This document shows positions 51,201 to 59,172 of a stretch of DNA of 64,000 bases, in pieces. Made by a program: the position numbers and the translations under genes. The notes under the pieces are model-generated. The model had not been told where the DNA came from. It did not search any database and was given only the letters and a program-made list of their open reading frames with translations. Origin of the DNA: Dehalococcoidia bacterium (lineage in GTDB: Bacteria; Chloroflexota; Dehalococcoidia; UBA6926); the NCBI GenBank assembly GCA_965207115.1, contig CBDBLR010000003.1, forward strand, positions 649,379-713,378. The letters run 5' to 3'. The number at the start of each line of letters is the position of its first letter. Position 1 is the first letter of the stretch.

Positions 51201-51260
51201 ATCGGCCTTACGATGCCAAACGTCGGCGCCGACTACGTGACCATGTTCCTGGAGAGGTAG
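48258..51260 (+). CDS. NRPS-like adenylation / peptidyl-carrier / thioester-reductase (A-T-R) enzyme, carboxylate reductase-type
   Basis: A-domain core motifs (YTSGTTGDPKGV; GELLIGGKGVARGY; YATGDL; VKIRGY), PCP serine motif FFDLGGHSLAGMAL, C-terminal NAD(P)-binding reductase domain FVTGTTGFLGAFLLDQL...YCLAR; 1000 aa. Confidence 0.8.
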   Translation: MVGEDKMVLVEHSVHQLFEIQAASTPDAEAIVFSDGRMTYAELNLSADALGAWLRSYGVGTDEPVGIFMDTCSEYILGALATLKAGGAFMPMDVDSPKPLLRGIVSEAQPKVVLTKERFLPRLVEFSGTLILPIDSDHSWREYESENHTARVDSGDLAFIPYTSGTTGDPKGVMLSVGAMMSSYDARFTFSSYDVGDRVGCNIFFPWEFLRPLLKGGTVYVIPDEVIFVPRALARFISEHQLSEILFTPSLLQSVLNSSDHGHLREQMSSLRVVWLNGEVVPASLLRQARNVLPPEARLFNTYSISETHDVCTIDLTELSLVGMDACPVGFRMDGVELRVRPENSSAVEISGVGELLIGGKGVARGYLKRPDLDAERFITLDGELYYATGDLAEVAPDGMTTIVGRTDSMVKIRGYTVYLGAIEEMLRRHCDAADAAVVVETLDETSKRLVAYVVRGPNAAWKLDARSGASRDLRNVLERYLPLYSVPSHFIEMDALPINQQTGKLQRKALPSLRNGASPGKRRTRLTEHSTAAERLAVLRELWADTLELNLDDLEDDWNFFDLGGHSLAGMALTIAIEETFGTELSGVEVYEYPTIGQLARYLENDGAGGEASGATLAQDAQLDPEIAPRGDAQVTRLSEATCIFVTGTTGFLGAFLLDQLVQSTGPDTTFYCLARDGGDPGEGSSSNRVLDAQKFYGLPSQSAGDRIIPVSGDLTQPLMGLGGDKYGELADKIDLVFHCAASVNYVYPYSASKPHTVGGTTEILKFASAGRPKAVQYISSSGVFPGGDTTPYLENKEIDGWVDRMEGGYNQSKWVAERLVWHAVSRGLPVCLYRPGNIGHHSQTGTANPNDYLAIILKACARLGSAPEAPDWYFEMTPVDFLVTAISKIADDPGHLGRVYNVIQQNPTPADQVFDLMRRNGHITEIVSLTEWKSKLQAKADHDDDLELKMLVRSLDSVEPYLTDTSVYDISRFNEALSGIGLTMPNVGADYVTMFLER

Positions 51261-51264
51261 TCGC

Positions 51265-51981
51265 CTAGGCCGCAGCTTCCTCGCCTACGAACTCCTGCCG
51301 CCCCTGGATGATCCCTACGCCAATGGCCGCGATGCAGAATGAGCCGAAGAACAGCACGATATTGCTCGCAATGGCGACCCCGTGCAGGTCTATGGCCGGA
51401 ACGTGCTCTGCAATCATCAGAACGGCGAAACTGAGCAAGCCCGTGAGCGCCAACCCCAACGATGCGAGCTTGAAGATGTTGGTGCCCTTAGAACGGCGTG
51501 CCAAAGCGTACCCGAATATGGTCGAGCCGATGGATGTGACGTACAGAAACGCAAAGTGAATGCCCGCAGCCGCCGCAAAGAGCGTGGTCGCCATTGCCTG
51601 TTCTTCGGCGGGAGCACTTCCGACACCGTGCTCAAGCACGTGAATCAGGACATGCCGGAAGCTCAACTCAAGGATCAGCAGAGCGTACCCAACCAGGAAG
51701 ATATTCAGCGCAAAGCGGGACACAATGTCCATCGCTGAACCGCCGCTGAAAGCCCGATGCAAGCTATGCAAACCGAACCAATAAAGCACGACGCTGACGA
51801 CAAATAAAGAGGTTACGATTTGGGCCAATACGGCGTTGTCGGCCAGGACGCCCGCCGCATCTTCAAAGCTGGAAGTATCCACAGGATCAATCAACAGCCC
51901 GCCCGGGGTGAATATCCCCGCAACGAAACCAATTGCCACAGCAACAATGAGTGCCCAACCGGCCGTCGAATTAGCAGTCAT
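51265..51981 (-). CDS. integral membrane protein (hypothetical, ~6 TM)
   Basis: Multiple hydrophobic helices; converges tail-to-tail on the A-T-R gene. Confidence 0.4.
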   Translation of the reverse strand: MTANSTAGWALIVAVAIGFVAGIFTPGGLLIDPVDTSSFEDAAGVLADNAVLAQIVTSLFVVSVVLYWFGLHSLHRAFSGGSAMDIVSRFALNIFLVGYALLILELSFRHVLIHVLEHGVGSAPAEEQAMATTLFAAAAGIHFAFLYVTSIGSTIFGYALARRSKGTNIFKLASLGLALTGLLSFAVLMIAEHVPAIDLHGVAIASNIVLFFGSFCIAAIGVGIIQGRQEFVGEEAAA

Positions 51982-52299
51982 ATCGCCCCCTCCGTATACG
52001 TCTCTTGAGCGATGGTAGACCAAGCAGTGATGCTCGTGCAAAGACCGGACTCGTCCGACGATCCCTAGAGGTCATTCCTCATGCTAGACTCTAACTAAAA
52101 TTACGCTTCGCAAACTGTCAGGAAAGGAACGTTTCTTGTGGTAGAGCCTGGCGTCATCCCTGAAGGACCGAATGAGACGGTCAAAGCCTTACTTGAGGTC
52201 ACTTCCACGCGGTCTAGTGGCCCGGCGTACTCAGTCACTGAGGCGGTCGAGTCAAGGTCAAGCTCATAGATTTCAAGAACCCACCTGGAGAGAGCTGTC

Positions 52300-53913
52300 A
52301 TGCCAGAGTCGAGTGCGTGGGAAGAGGAACAATTCACAGATATAGACTGCGTTGTCATTGGATACAATGACTACAGCTTCGCAACCGTCCTGGAAGAGAC
52401 GAAGAAATTTGAAGCGCAGTCTGGGCACCACTGGCAATTGAAGCTGCACTCCGCCGAATACAATGGCCGGCGGATTCCGTATAACGCTCTATTGAGCGAG
52501 TATTTGTCACAAGACAACGGCAAGAGAGAAAGCCTGCACGTTGGCCGTACTCCCAATCTGGCGGTCTGTCACCTGTCTTACTTCCTTCAAACGAGAGGCC
52601 TCAACGTTGCCATCGTCAACTTTTTTACGGAAGAGAAAGAGCGGCTGGAATCACTGCTGAAGCGCAATCCGAAGTCCGTTGCGATTACGACAACGTTCTA
52701 CGTTGAGAGTTCCCCGATCATTGACATCGTTCAATTCATCAGGCAACACAACAGCGACACGCGAATCATCGTCGGTGGTCCTCATATCTACAACACGTGC
52801 TCGCAGCTCAACGAGAGATTGCAAGAAACTGCACTTGGGAGCATTGGAGCCGACATTTACGTCTATGATTCGCAAGGTGAAACGACGCTTTCGCGCGTTG
52901 TGACGGCTCTCCGGCAATCGTCCTCTCCCGATTTGAGTTCGATTCCGAACCTGATTGTCGCAGAAGGTGGCTCCTTTTACCGCACTCACCGTGAGCAGGA
53001 ACAGAATCCGATGGATGAGATTTCCATCGACTGGGGTTCCTTTGATCCTTCGTTCGTAAGGCCAGGCACCCCCGTTCCGCTGCGGACGGCGCGTAGCTGC
53101 GCATTCAGTTGTGCCTTCTGCAACTACCCGGTCTTTGCCGGCCCTCTCAATTTGACCTCACTGGATGTCGTAGAAAAGGAACTGCAAACGCTTCACGAGG
53201 CTGGGATTAAGCGCATTCTCTTTGTCGACGATACCTTCAACGTCCCCCTGCCTCGGTTCAAGAACCTCTGCAGGATGATGATTGAGAGAAAGTTTGATTT
53301 TGAGTGGTTCTCGTATTTCCGTTGCTCCAACTCCGACAACGAGGCGTTTGATCTCATGCAAGAGAGCGGATGTGGGGGAGTTTTCCTGGGCATCGAATCC
53401 GGAGATCAAACGATTCTGGACAATATGAACAAAAAGGCCAAGTTAGAGCAGTATCGGAATGGAATACAAAAACTCAAGGAGCGAGACATCATTACGTTCT
53501 CATCCTTCATTATTGGCTTCCCCGGAGAGACCGAGGAGACCGCTCTCAACACGCGCCAATTCATACAGGAGTGTGCACCTGACTTCTACCGCATGGAGCT
53601 CTACTATCATTCCAGGCTGGCGCCGATTCACGCCCGTTCCGAGGACTTTGGTCTTCATGGTTCCGGTTTCGGCTGGTGGCACAACACAATGAATTGGCGT
53701 GAAGCGTGCGCCTTCATTGAAGATTCCTACCGGACAGTATCCGAATCTTTGATCCTGCCGGGGCACGCTTTCGATTTCTGGTCACTGCCTTATCTGATGG
53801 AGAATGGCATGTCCCTTGATCAGATAAAGGAGTTCCTCCTGTATGGTCGAGAGCTGCTGCTGGACGGGCTGGGCGCGCCAGGGGTAATCCACGAAATCCC
53901 AACGATATCGTAG
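52300..53913 (+). CDS. B12-binding-domain radical SAM enzyme (class B radical SAM, methyltransferase-like)
   Basis: N-terminal cobalamin-binding Rossmann-like region (DCVVIGYNDYS...) followed by CAFSCAFCNYP CxxxCxxC radical-SAM cluster; 537 aa. Confidence 0.8.
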   Translation: MPESSAWEEEQFTDIDCVVIGYNDYSFATVLEETKKFEAQSGHHWQLKLHSAEYNGRRIPYNALLSEYLSQDNGKRESLHVGRTPNLAVCHLSYFLQTRGLNVAIVNFFTEEKERLESLLKRNPKSVAITTTFYVESSPIIDIVQFIRQHNSDTRIIVGGPHIYNTCSQLNERLQETALGSIGADIYVYDSQGETTLSRVVTALRQSSSPDLSSIPNLIVAEGGSFYRTHREQEQNPMDEISIDWGSFDPSFVRPGTPVPLRTARSCAFSCAFCNYPVFAGPLNLTSLDVVEKELQTLHEAGIKRILFVDDTFNVPLPRFKNLCRMMIERKFDFEWFSYFRCSNSDNEAFDLMQESGCGGVFLGIESGDQTILDNMNKKAKLEQYRNGIQKLKERDIITFSSFIIGFPGETEETALNTRQFIQECAPDFYRMELYYHSRLAPIHARSEDFGLHGSGFGWWHNTMNWREACAFIEDSYRTVSESLILPGHAFDFWSLPYLMENGMSLDQIKEFLLYGRELLLDGLGAPGVIHEIPTIS

Positions 53914-53980
53914 GCCCGGAGCACCGACTTCCGAAGACTCTCCCGGAGAACCTAGGCTGGAGAACAAATACGTGTGGCTC

Positions 53981-54057
53981 TGGTGGGCGGCGAGGGGCTC
54001 GAACCCCCGGCCTTCTGCGTGTAAAGCAGACGCTCTAACCAGCTGAGCTAGCCGCCC
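53981..54057 (-). tRNA. tRNA-Val (anticodon TAC), CCA encoded
   Basis: Hand-folded cloverleaf: acceptor GGGCGGC/GCCGCCC, D-arm GCTC-AGCTGGTTA-GAGC, anticodon stem TCTGC/GCAGA with loop TTTACAC, T-arm GGGGG-TTCGAGC-CCCTC. Confidence 0.8.
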
Positions 54058-54071
54058 ACAGGGTGGCAAAG

Positions 54072-54149
54072 TGGCGCGCTTGGCGGGACTCGAACCCACG
54101 GCCTCAGCCTCCGCAGAGCTGCGCTCTATCCAGACTGAGCTACAAGCGC
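54072..54149 (-). tRNA. tRNA-Arg (anticodon GCG as folded by hand)
   Basis: Acceptor GCGCTTG/CAAGCGC, anticodon stem CAGCT/GGCTG, loop CTGCGGA gives anticodon GCG; T-loop TTCGAGT. Confidence 0.7.
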
Positions 54150-54194
54150 GTGTCACTTACGGCCGATTCCGGCCTCAGTTCGTCCAGCCTGTCG

Positions 54195-54281
54195 TGGTGC
54201 CGAGGGAGAGATTTGAACTCTCACGCCCGCTAGGGGCACTGCGCCCTAAACACAGCGCGTCTGCCGTTCCGCCACCTCGGC
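54195..54281 (-). tRNA. tRNA-Leu (anticodon TAG), long variable arm
   Basis: Acceptor GCCGAGG/CCTCGGC, 3-bp D-stem, anticodon stem CTGTG/CGCAG with loop TTTAGGG, 16-nt variable arm, T-arm GAGAG-TTCAAAT-CTCTC. Confidence 0.8.
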
Positions 54282-54316
54282 ACGAAGTTGCCAACGAGCA
54301 TTGGTACTCCGGCCTG

Positions 54317-54607
54317 ATGCCGTACAGATATCTGTTGCCGTCCCAATTGGTCCTGCTGGCAGTGATGATCGCGATAACCGTGGCGGTTTATCAGGAGAGC
54401 GCCCTCTTTGCAGGCGACTTTTGGGAAACGGCGGCTCCCTACCTGGTAGCGCTGGCGGGGATTTACTTCGCCTCGATGATTATTCGCTACGTTCTCACCA
54501 TGATTCGAAACCCCGAAAGAAGATGGTTTCAGCGAACCATTCCCATCTGGTTTCACATGGTGTTGGCCATTGCGCTCTGGTCGTTTGCCGACTATCTCCG
54601 CGCATGA
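54317..54607 (+). CDS. possible small membrane protein (96 aa) unique to the region after tRNA block copy 1
   Basis: Two or three hydrophobic helices. The longer ORF (from 54071) runs through the tRNA genes and is rejected; only the portion from the ATG at 54317 is considered. Confidence 0.3.
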   Translation: MPYRYLLPSQLVLLAVMIAITVAVYQESALFAGDFWETAAPYLVALAGIYFASMIIRYVLTMIRNPERRWFQRTIPIWFHMVLAIALWSFADYLRA

Positions 54608-54631
54608 GTTTCGGCGACCAGACGAGACAAC

Positions 54632-55564
54632 TCAGTTGCATTGGGGAAGTCTTCCCAGGACGCCGATATCAAACTGCTCACACGCGCTAGCGTAAATCGG
54701 TGTACTGGTGAAGACCGTGCCGCTGGCGTCCGGGGAGATTGCGTATACCGTGCCGTAGAAGCCCCCAAGTACGTAAATCACATGACAGAATGAAACGGGC
54801 GGGTCATCGCCCCATATCTGCTGCATTGCCGCAATCGCGCCGTCGAGCTCGGCCTGGACATATGTGGTGCAGCCTTGGTCGCTGAAACTATCGTTGAGCC
54901 GCGTAACTTTCACATTCCGAAACGGATCGAGGCCGGTCTTCTGGCGGTCGCAGGGAGTGATAGGATCCCAAATGATCTCGCTGTCGGTTGCATAGCGCTG
55001 CGTTTGTTGGTACCTGACCCAGATGCCATAACCCATGTGGCAGCGGTAATCAATGCCAGCATTGATCTCTTCACGGGACAGCCAAGGTCTCAAAGTGCCA
55101 CCACACTTCGCCTTACTCCCCACGGTCGTGAGATTGCGACACTCCCCCACATTTACGTTCTCCCCCACGCAATCCAGCGCAAGTGGGTCCGAGCTGGAAG
55201 ATTCGTCCTCGATGTCATTGGGCTCCCCGTTCGACCCGGACTGCAGGTACTTGCTGTTCTCGGAATTCAGGTTCGCCCCGGAGTCGTCGTTGAGTTCTGG
55301 CGTGTTCGACTGTGCACCCGACCCTTGTGGGAGCTTGCCGGTCGCGCCGGCACTTCCCTCTGGGAGGGTCCTCGTCAGTTTCGGAGCGGGGCGGCTTTCT
55401 TCGAGGATGATGGGAACAGCAAGCCCGTCCGGTCCACCAGCCTCGACAGGGCCGGCGGCAAGGAGTAGGGCAGTGGCAATGCCCAAGGACAGCAGGATAG
55501 GCACCAGAATTCTGAGGAGCCCCACCCCGATAAGAGAACCCGGAACGCCTGATGTGACCTTCAT
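54632..55564 (-). CDS. secreted/membrane-anchored Cys-rich hypothetical protein
   Basis: N-terminal hydrophobic signal/anchor (LLRILVPILLSLGIATALLLAAG), low-complexity Gly/Ser/Asn-rich linker, C-terminal ~180-aa domain with 8 cysteines; lies between the two tRNA block copies. Confidence 0.5.
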   Translation of the reverse strand: MKVTSGVPGSLIGVGLLRILVPILLSLGIATALLLAAGPVEAGGPDGLAVPIILEESRPAPKLTRTLPEGSAGATGKLPQGSGAQSNTPELNDDSGANLNSENSKYLQSGSNGEPNDIEDESSSSDPLALDCVGENVNVGECRNLTTVGSKAKCGGTLRPWLSREEINAGIDYRCHMGYGIWVRYQQTQRYATDSEIIWDPITPCDRQKTGLDPFRNVKVTRLNDSFSDQGCTTYVQAELDGAIAAMQQIWGDDPPVSFCHVIYVLGGFYGTVYAISPDASGTVFTSTPIYASACEQFDIGVLGRLPQCN

Positions 55565-55765
55565 CAATGCACCTCTCTGTGCTGCTTGCGGTAGCGAGGC
55601 CTTCCCGTTGAAAGCCTCCCGGATTGATGAATAGCCGGATGAGCACATGGTACATCAGTTATGTAGTTCCTGTTGTCTACGGGGGAGGCGCGAGGTAAAG
55701 CCGGCTGGCAGATTCCGTAGGCTCCATTGCTCTAACGGCCTTCCGCAACCATGATTACAAGGAGT

Positions 55766-55839
55766 GTGGGCGGCGAGGGGCTCGAACCCCCGGCCTTCTG
55801 CGTGTAAAGCAGACGCTCTAACCAGCTGAGCTAGCCGCC
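55766..55839 (-). tRNA. tRNA-Val (anticodon TAC), second copy, 3' CCA not encoded
   Basis: Identical to the first copy through the discriminator base; followed by CAC instead of CCA. Confidence 0.75.
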
Positions 55840-55853
55840 CACAGGGTGGCAAA

Positions 55854-55931
55854 GTGGCGCGCTTGGCGGGACTCGAACCCACGGCCTCAGCCTCCGCAGG
55901 GCTGCGCTCTATCCAGACTGAGCTACAAGCG
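55854..55931 (-). tRNA. tRNA-Arg (anticodon GCG), second copy
   Basis: Identical to the first copy except the anticodon stem is a perfect CAGCC/GGCTG, where copy 1 has a U-G wobble pair. Confidence 0.7.
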
Positions 55932-55976
55932 CGTGTCACTTACGGCCGATTTCGGCCTCAGTTCGTCCAGCCTGTC

Positions 55977-56063
55977 GTGGTGCCGAGGGAGAGATTTGAA
56001 CTCTCACGCCCGCTAGGGGCACTGCGCCCTGAACGCAGCGCGTCTGCCGTTCCGCCACCTCGG
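55977..56063 (-). tRNA. tRNA-Leu (anticodon CAG), long variable arm
   Basis: Same scaffold as Leu(TAG) at 54195-54281 but anticodon loop TTCAGGG and stem CTGCG/CGCAG (two substitutions relative to copy 1). Confidence 0.8.
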
Positions 56064-56178
56064 CACGAAGTTGCCGACTAGACTGTCCGTAGTGCGATAT
56101 CCATTATGGCACGGTGCGCCGCCACGTGGGGAATGAGACCTCAATCTGAGGCCAAACCGGAGCGCTATCCAGCGGCTG

Positions 56179-57792
56179 CTAGAACAGCGAAGCCAGCCGC
56201 TCCAGCCCAGCCCGCGCGTCCGCACCAAGGGTCACGCGCATGAGGCGTCGTCCGCGCTGGATCAGAGCGCCGGCATCGCCCGCCGACTGCGCCGCGATCA
56301 GCTGGCCGAATGTGTAGTCGGTTTCAGGAACGGGGACATCGTTCGCCGATGCATCATCCACAACCTGAAGGAAGAGGCCGTTGTTCGCGCCGCCCTTGTG
56401 GAGTTGTCCGGTGGAATGGAGGAATCGGGGACCGTAGCCACCGGTTGTAGCCACCTTTGCTTTCCGACCAAGCACTGACCGCAGTTGGCCAATCGACTCC
56501 CAAACGGCATCGCTGGGGGCAAGGTAGACATGAATGCCGATGTAGTCGCCGGACACCGCTGATGACAGCCACTCTGCTGCCACAGATTCTACGTTTACGT
56601 CGTCAATGGAGATGATGCGCCCTGCGTCTGCGGATGAGCTGCTGCCTGCCATCGCCTCACGAGCAAGGTCCTTGGCAAGCTGGACGTCCGGTTGGTCGAA
56701 TGGATTGATGCCGAGCACGGCTCCGGCGGCGGCTGTGGCGATCTCCCACCGCATCATCAGTCTGCTGATTTCGTGAGTGTCTTCGATGATTTGAGCTACG
56801 TGCGCCCACTCAGGCACCAGCGCACGCACAGCTTCCTGCTTCTCCTGCTCCGGCTCAGTGTGGAGGCCGATGTAGACCATCACCCGATCTTCGCCATAGT
56901 CCGGGTAGTCCCAGACGGGTTCCTGATCGATGGGAACAATACCAACGTCGAGCTTGCCGGTGCTCTCCGCAATGAGCTGCTCAATCCACGTTGGCAAGCT
57001 GCGTAGGCTAGGGGACGTTATAAAGGTCAACTTGTCGCGCCCCGCAAGGGCGCATTCACCAATGGTTGCGCCCAACCTCAGCGCCTGCTTGATTTCCTGC
57101 TCTGATGCGTCTCGGGCCGACTGAACGGTTGCGAGCAGGTTGTCAACGTTGACGCCGATGATGGCCGCAGGGACGAGGCCGAATTCGCACAGCGCGGAAT
57201 AGCGGCCGCCAACGTCCGTCGGGGCGGAGAACACGCGACGGAATCCGCGCTCGCCTGCCAATCGTTCTAGCGGCGTGCCGGGGTCGGTGACGGCGACAAA
57301 GTGCGGACCGGGGTCAGCACCCATCTCAGTCAGCCTCGCCCAGAAATAGTAGAAGAAGGAGAGCATCTCAGTCGTAGTGCCCGACTTGCTGGACACGACG
57401 AAAATAGTTCGTGAAATATCAAGCGCATCCGCGAGTGCGGTCACGGCGGCGGGATGGGTGCTGTCGAGCACTCTCAGGCGGGGATGGCCCGTAGCGTTGC
57501 CGAATGTGGTCTGGAAGACTTCGGGCGCAAGGCTTGAGCCGCCCATGCCGAGAACCACTACGTCTGTGAAGCCTTCGCTCGCAACGTCACGACCGAATTG
57601 GGTCAGGTCTACGACCTTGGGCGCCATCGTTGTGGGCAGGTCGAGCCAGCCGAGCCGATTCTCAATCTCGGGTGTGCCGCGCGGAGCCCAGAGCGTGGGG
57701 TCCTGCTCCAGCAATCTTTGGATGAACCCGTCCGTTTCCCACTGCCGCAGCCGCGCCTCGATGCGTTCGGGAATTCCTGCTTCGTTCGTCAT
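56179..57792 (-). CDS. pgi: glucose-6-phosphate isomerase
   Basis: 537 aa with SIS-domain tandem architecture and PGI family motifs (VVVLGMGGSSLAPE; GGRYS). Confidence 0.7.
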   Translation of the reverse strand: MTNEAGIPERIEARLRQWETDGFIQRLLEQDPTLWAPRGTPEIENRLGWLDLPTTMAPKVVDLTQFGRDVASEGFTDVVVLGMGGSSLAPEVFQTTFGNATGHPRLRVLDSTHPAAVTALADALDISRTIFVVSSKSGTTTEMLSFFYYFWARLTEMGADPGPHFVAVTDPGTPLERLAGERGFRRVFSAPTDVGGRYSALCEFGLVPAAIIGVNVDNLLATVQSARDASEQEIKQALRLGATIGECALAGRDKLTFITSPSLRSLPTWIEQLIAESTGKLDVGIVPIDQEPVWDYPDYGEDRVMVYIGLHTEPEQEKQEAVRALVPEWAHVAQIIEDTHEISRLMMRWEIATAAAGAVLGINPFDQPDVQLAKDLAREAMAGSSSSADAGRIISIDDVNVESVAAEWLSSAVSGDYIGIHVYLAPSDAVWESIGQLRSVLGRKAKVATTGGYGPRFLHSTGQLHKGGANNGLFLQVVDDASANDVPVPETDYTFGQLIAAQSAGDAGALIQRGRRLMRVTLGADARAGLERLASLF

Positions 57793-57821
57793 TGTTCCCT
57801 CGTCACACGTATGGGTCGTCC

Positions 57822-59165
57822 CTAGTGGGTGTCAAAGATTTCCTGGTATCGCCCAATCTCGGTTAACAGGCGTTCACGTTCCTGCGGCGTCGGATTGTCT
57901 GCATGCACGAACGGTGTCAACGGCCCCAGTGTCCGAATTGCGAGGGTAAGCAGCAGCCGCGCCTTGACCGCCGAAAGGTTGTCCCCCGTGATGAACGTGT
58001 CCTGCGTCGGTTCCTTGGGGATACGCCCGCGCATGCCGCGGCTGGTCAGTACGACAGGAATGCCGTGTCGCCGGACTGCCTCCTCCAATGCAGGGCGCTG
58101 GAATCGGTGTGGCACGCCGCTGTATGCGAAGCCCTCAATCACGATGCCGTGGCCGGGATGAGATGTGTTCCCACCGCGTTCAGAAACGGCACGGTCTATC
58201 AGCGCCCGAACCTGTACGTCGTCCGCGCCTGCGTATGTCTTAACGATGTCCACCGTTGGCAGGGTCAAGGGCAGTGGGTCATTGCTCCGCACGCGCGACT
58301 CCGCAGTGTGCCGCCGCGTCGGTGCGAAATAGAACGAGACCTGGTCGGCCTCGATACTTCCGATTGCGGATGCTGAGCCGCCGAGCGCCACAAACCCTCC
58401 GGGCCTCTGATTCGTCTTAGTCACCTCGCGAGCCGGAAAGATCTGCTCATCGAGGATGACCAGCACGCCCTTGCCGCCGACCTCCGGCGATGCCGCAACC
58501 CGCACGGCGTCCCACAGATTCCAGTCGCCGTCATTGCCGACGCTGCCGTGCCTGCGCTGCGAGGCCGCCACGACCACCGGCTTATGAGAGTTCACGGTGT
58601 AGTTAAGGAATGCGGCTGTTTCCTCCGTGGTGAACGTTCCGTGTGTGACGATGCAGGCGTCCACGTCCGGCTGCGTGAGAGCCTCATTGACGGTGTTGGC
58701 GATGAGGACGAGTTCTCGCATAGAGAACGTTTCGCCGCCTCGCCGCAGCTCGCCGCCGGTGTCCGGATCAATGACCATCTCCACCCGCAGGTTTGCGACC
58801 TCAGACAGCAGCCCGTTGCGGCCATTTGTGTCGACGCTGAAACGGTCGATTTCCTCAATGACACGCTTGGCGGCGAGATGGAATTGAGAATATACATCGG
58901 GAGGCTCATGCCCGGGTTCCATGTAGGGCAAGAGGTAGAGGCCGTCCTCCGGCGTCAGCGTGACCTCGTGGAACTCATCACCGCCATCGTCCACCGGGTT
59001 GCCGTCTCTATCTTCGCGGCGAATGCGTACCGTGACGGGTTCATGGAGACGCTGGGCACGCAGCACGTTGAGAGGCCCGCCCGTCTTGCTTGACGTGACG
59101 AACGGCAGGCCGTTCTGGATCGTGCCTCCCGTCGGGACGATGGCGATTGTTGGCTTATCTGCCAT
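57822..59165 (-). CDS. L-asparaginase family protein with a large internal insertion
   Basis: IAIVPTGGTIQ threonine motif and THGTFTTEETAAFLNY (HGTDT-like) motif separated by ~130 extra residues compared with canonical type I/II asparaginases. Start set at the MADKP Met. Confidence 0.6.
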   Translation of the reverse strand: MADKPTIAIVPTGGTIQNGLPFVTSSKTGGPLNVLRAQRLHEPVTVRIRREDRDGNPVDDGGDEFHEVTLTPEDGLYLLPYMEPGHEPPDVYSQFHLAAKRVIEEIDRFSVDTNGRNGLLSEVANLRVEMVIDPDTGGELRRGGETFSMRELVLIANTVNEALTQPDVDACIVTHGTFTTEETAAFLNYTVNSHKPVVVAASQRRHGSVGNDGDWNLWDAVRVAASPEVGGKGVLVILDEQIFPAREVTKTNQRPGGFVALGGSASAIGSIEADQVSFYFAPTRRHTAESRVRSNDPLPLTLPTVDIVKTYAGADDVQVRALIDRAVSERGGNTSHPGHGIVIEGFAYSGVPHRFQRPALEEAVRRHGIPVVLTSRGMRGRIPKEPTQDTFITGDNLSAVKARLLLTLAIRTLGPLTPFVHADNPTPQERERLLTEIGRYQEIFDTH

Positions 59166-59172
59166 CACCGTG

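Larger units (their letters stand above)
53983..54298. repeat. copy 1 of ~315-bp duplicated tRNA block (Val-Arg-Leu)
   Basis: About 99% identical to 55766-56080; the differences include the Leu anticodon and an Arg anticodon-stem base. Confidence 0.85.
55766..56080. repeat. copy 2 of ~315-bp duplicated tRNA block (Val-Arg-Leu)
   Basis: Direct repeat of 53983-54298 in the same orientation. Confidence 0.85.

Noticed and set aside
52042-52299. Possible cobalamin riboswitch upstream of the B12-binding radical SAM gene
   Set aside because: The 258-bp leader lacks a recognisable B12 box (GCCACTG) and the conserved GGTGCC/GGGAA elements; only weak partial resemblances were seen. A covariance-model search (Rfam RF00174) would settle it
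53782-54156. ORFs translated across the tRNA genes (53782-54156 minus, 55655-55939 minus, 55854-56081 plus, and the first 82 codons of 54071-54607 plus)
   Set aside because: They overlap well-folded tRNA cloverleaves and occur as identical copies only because the tRNA block is duplicated
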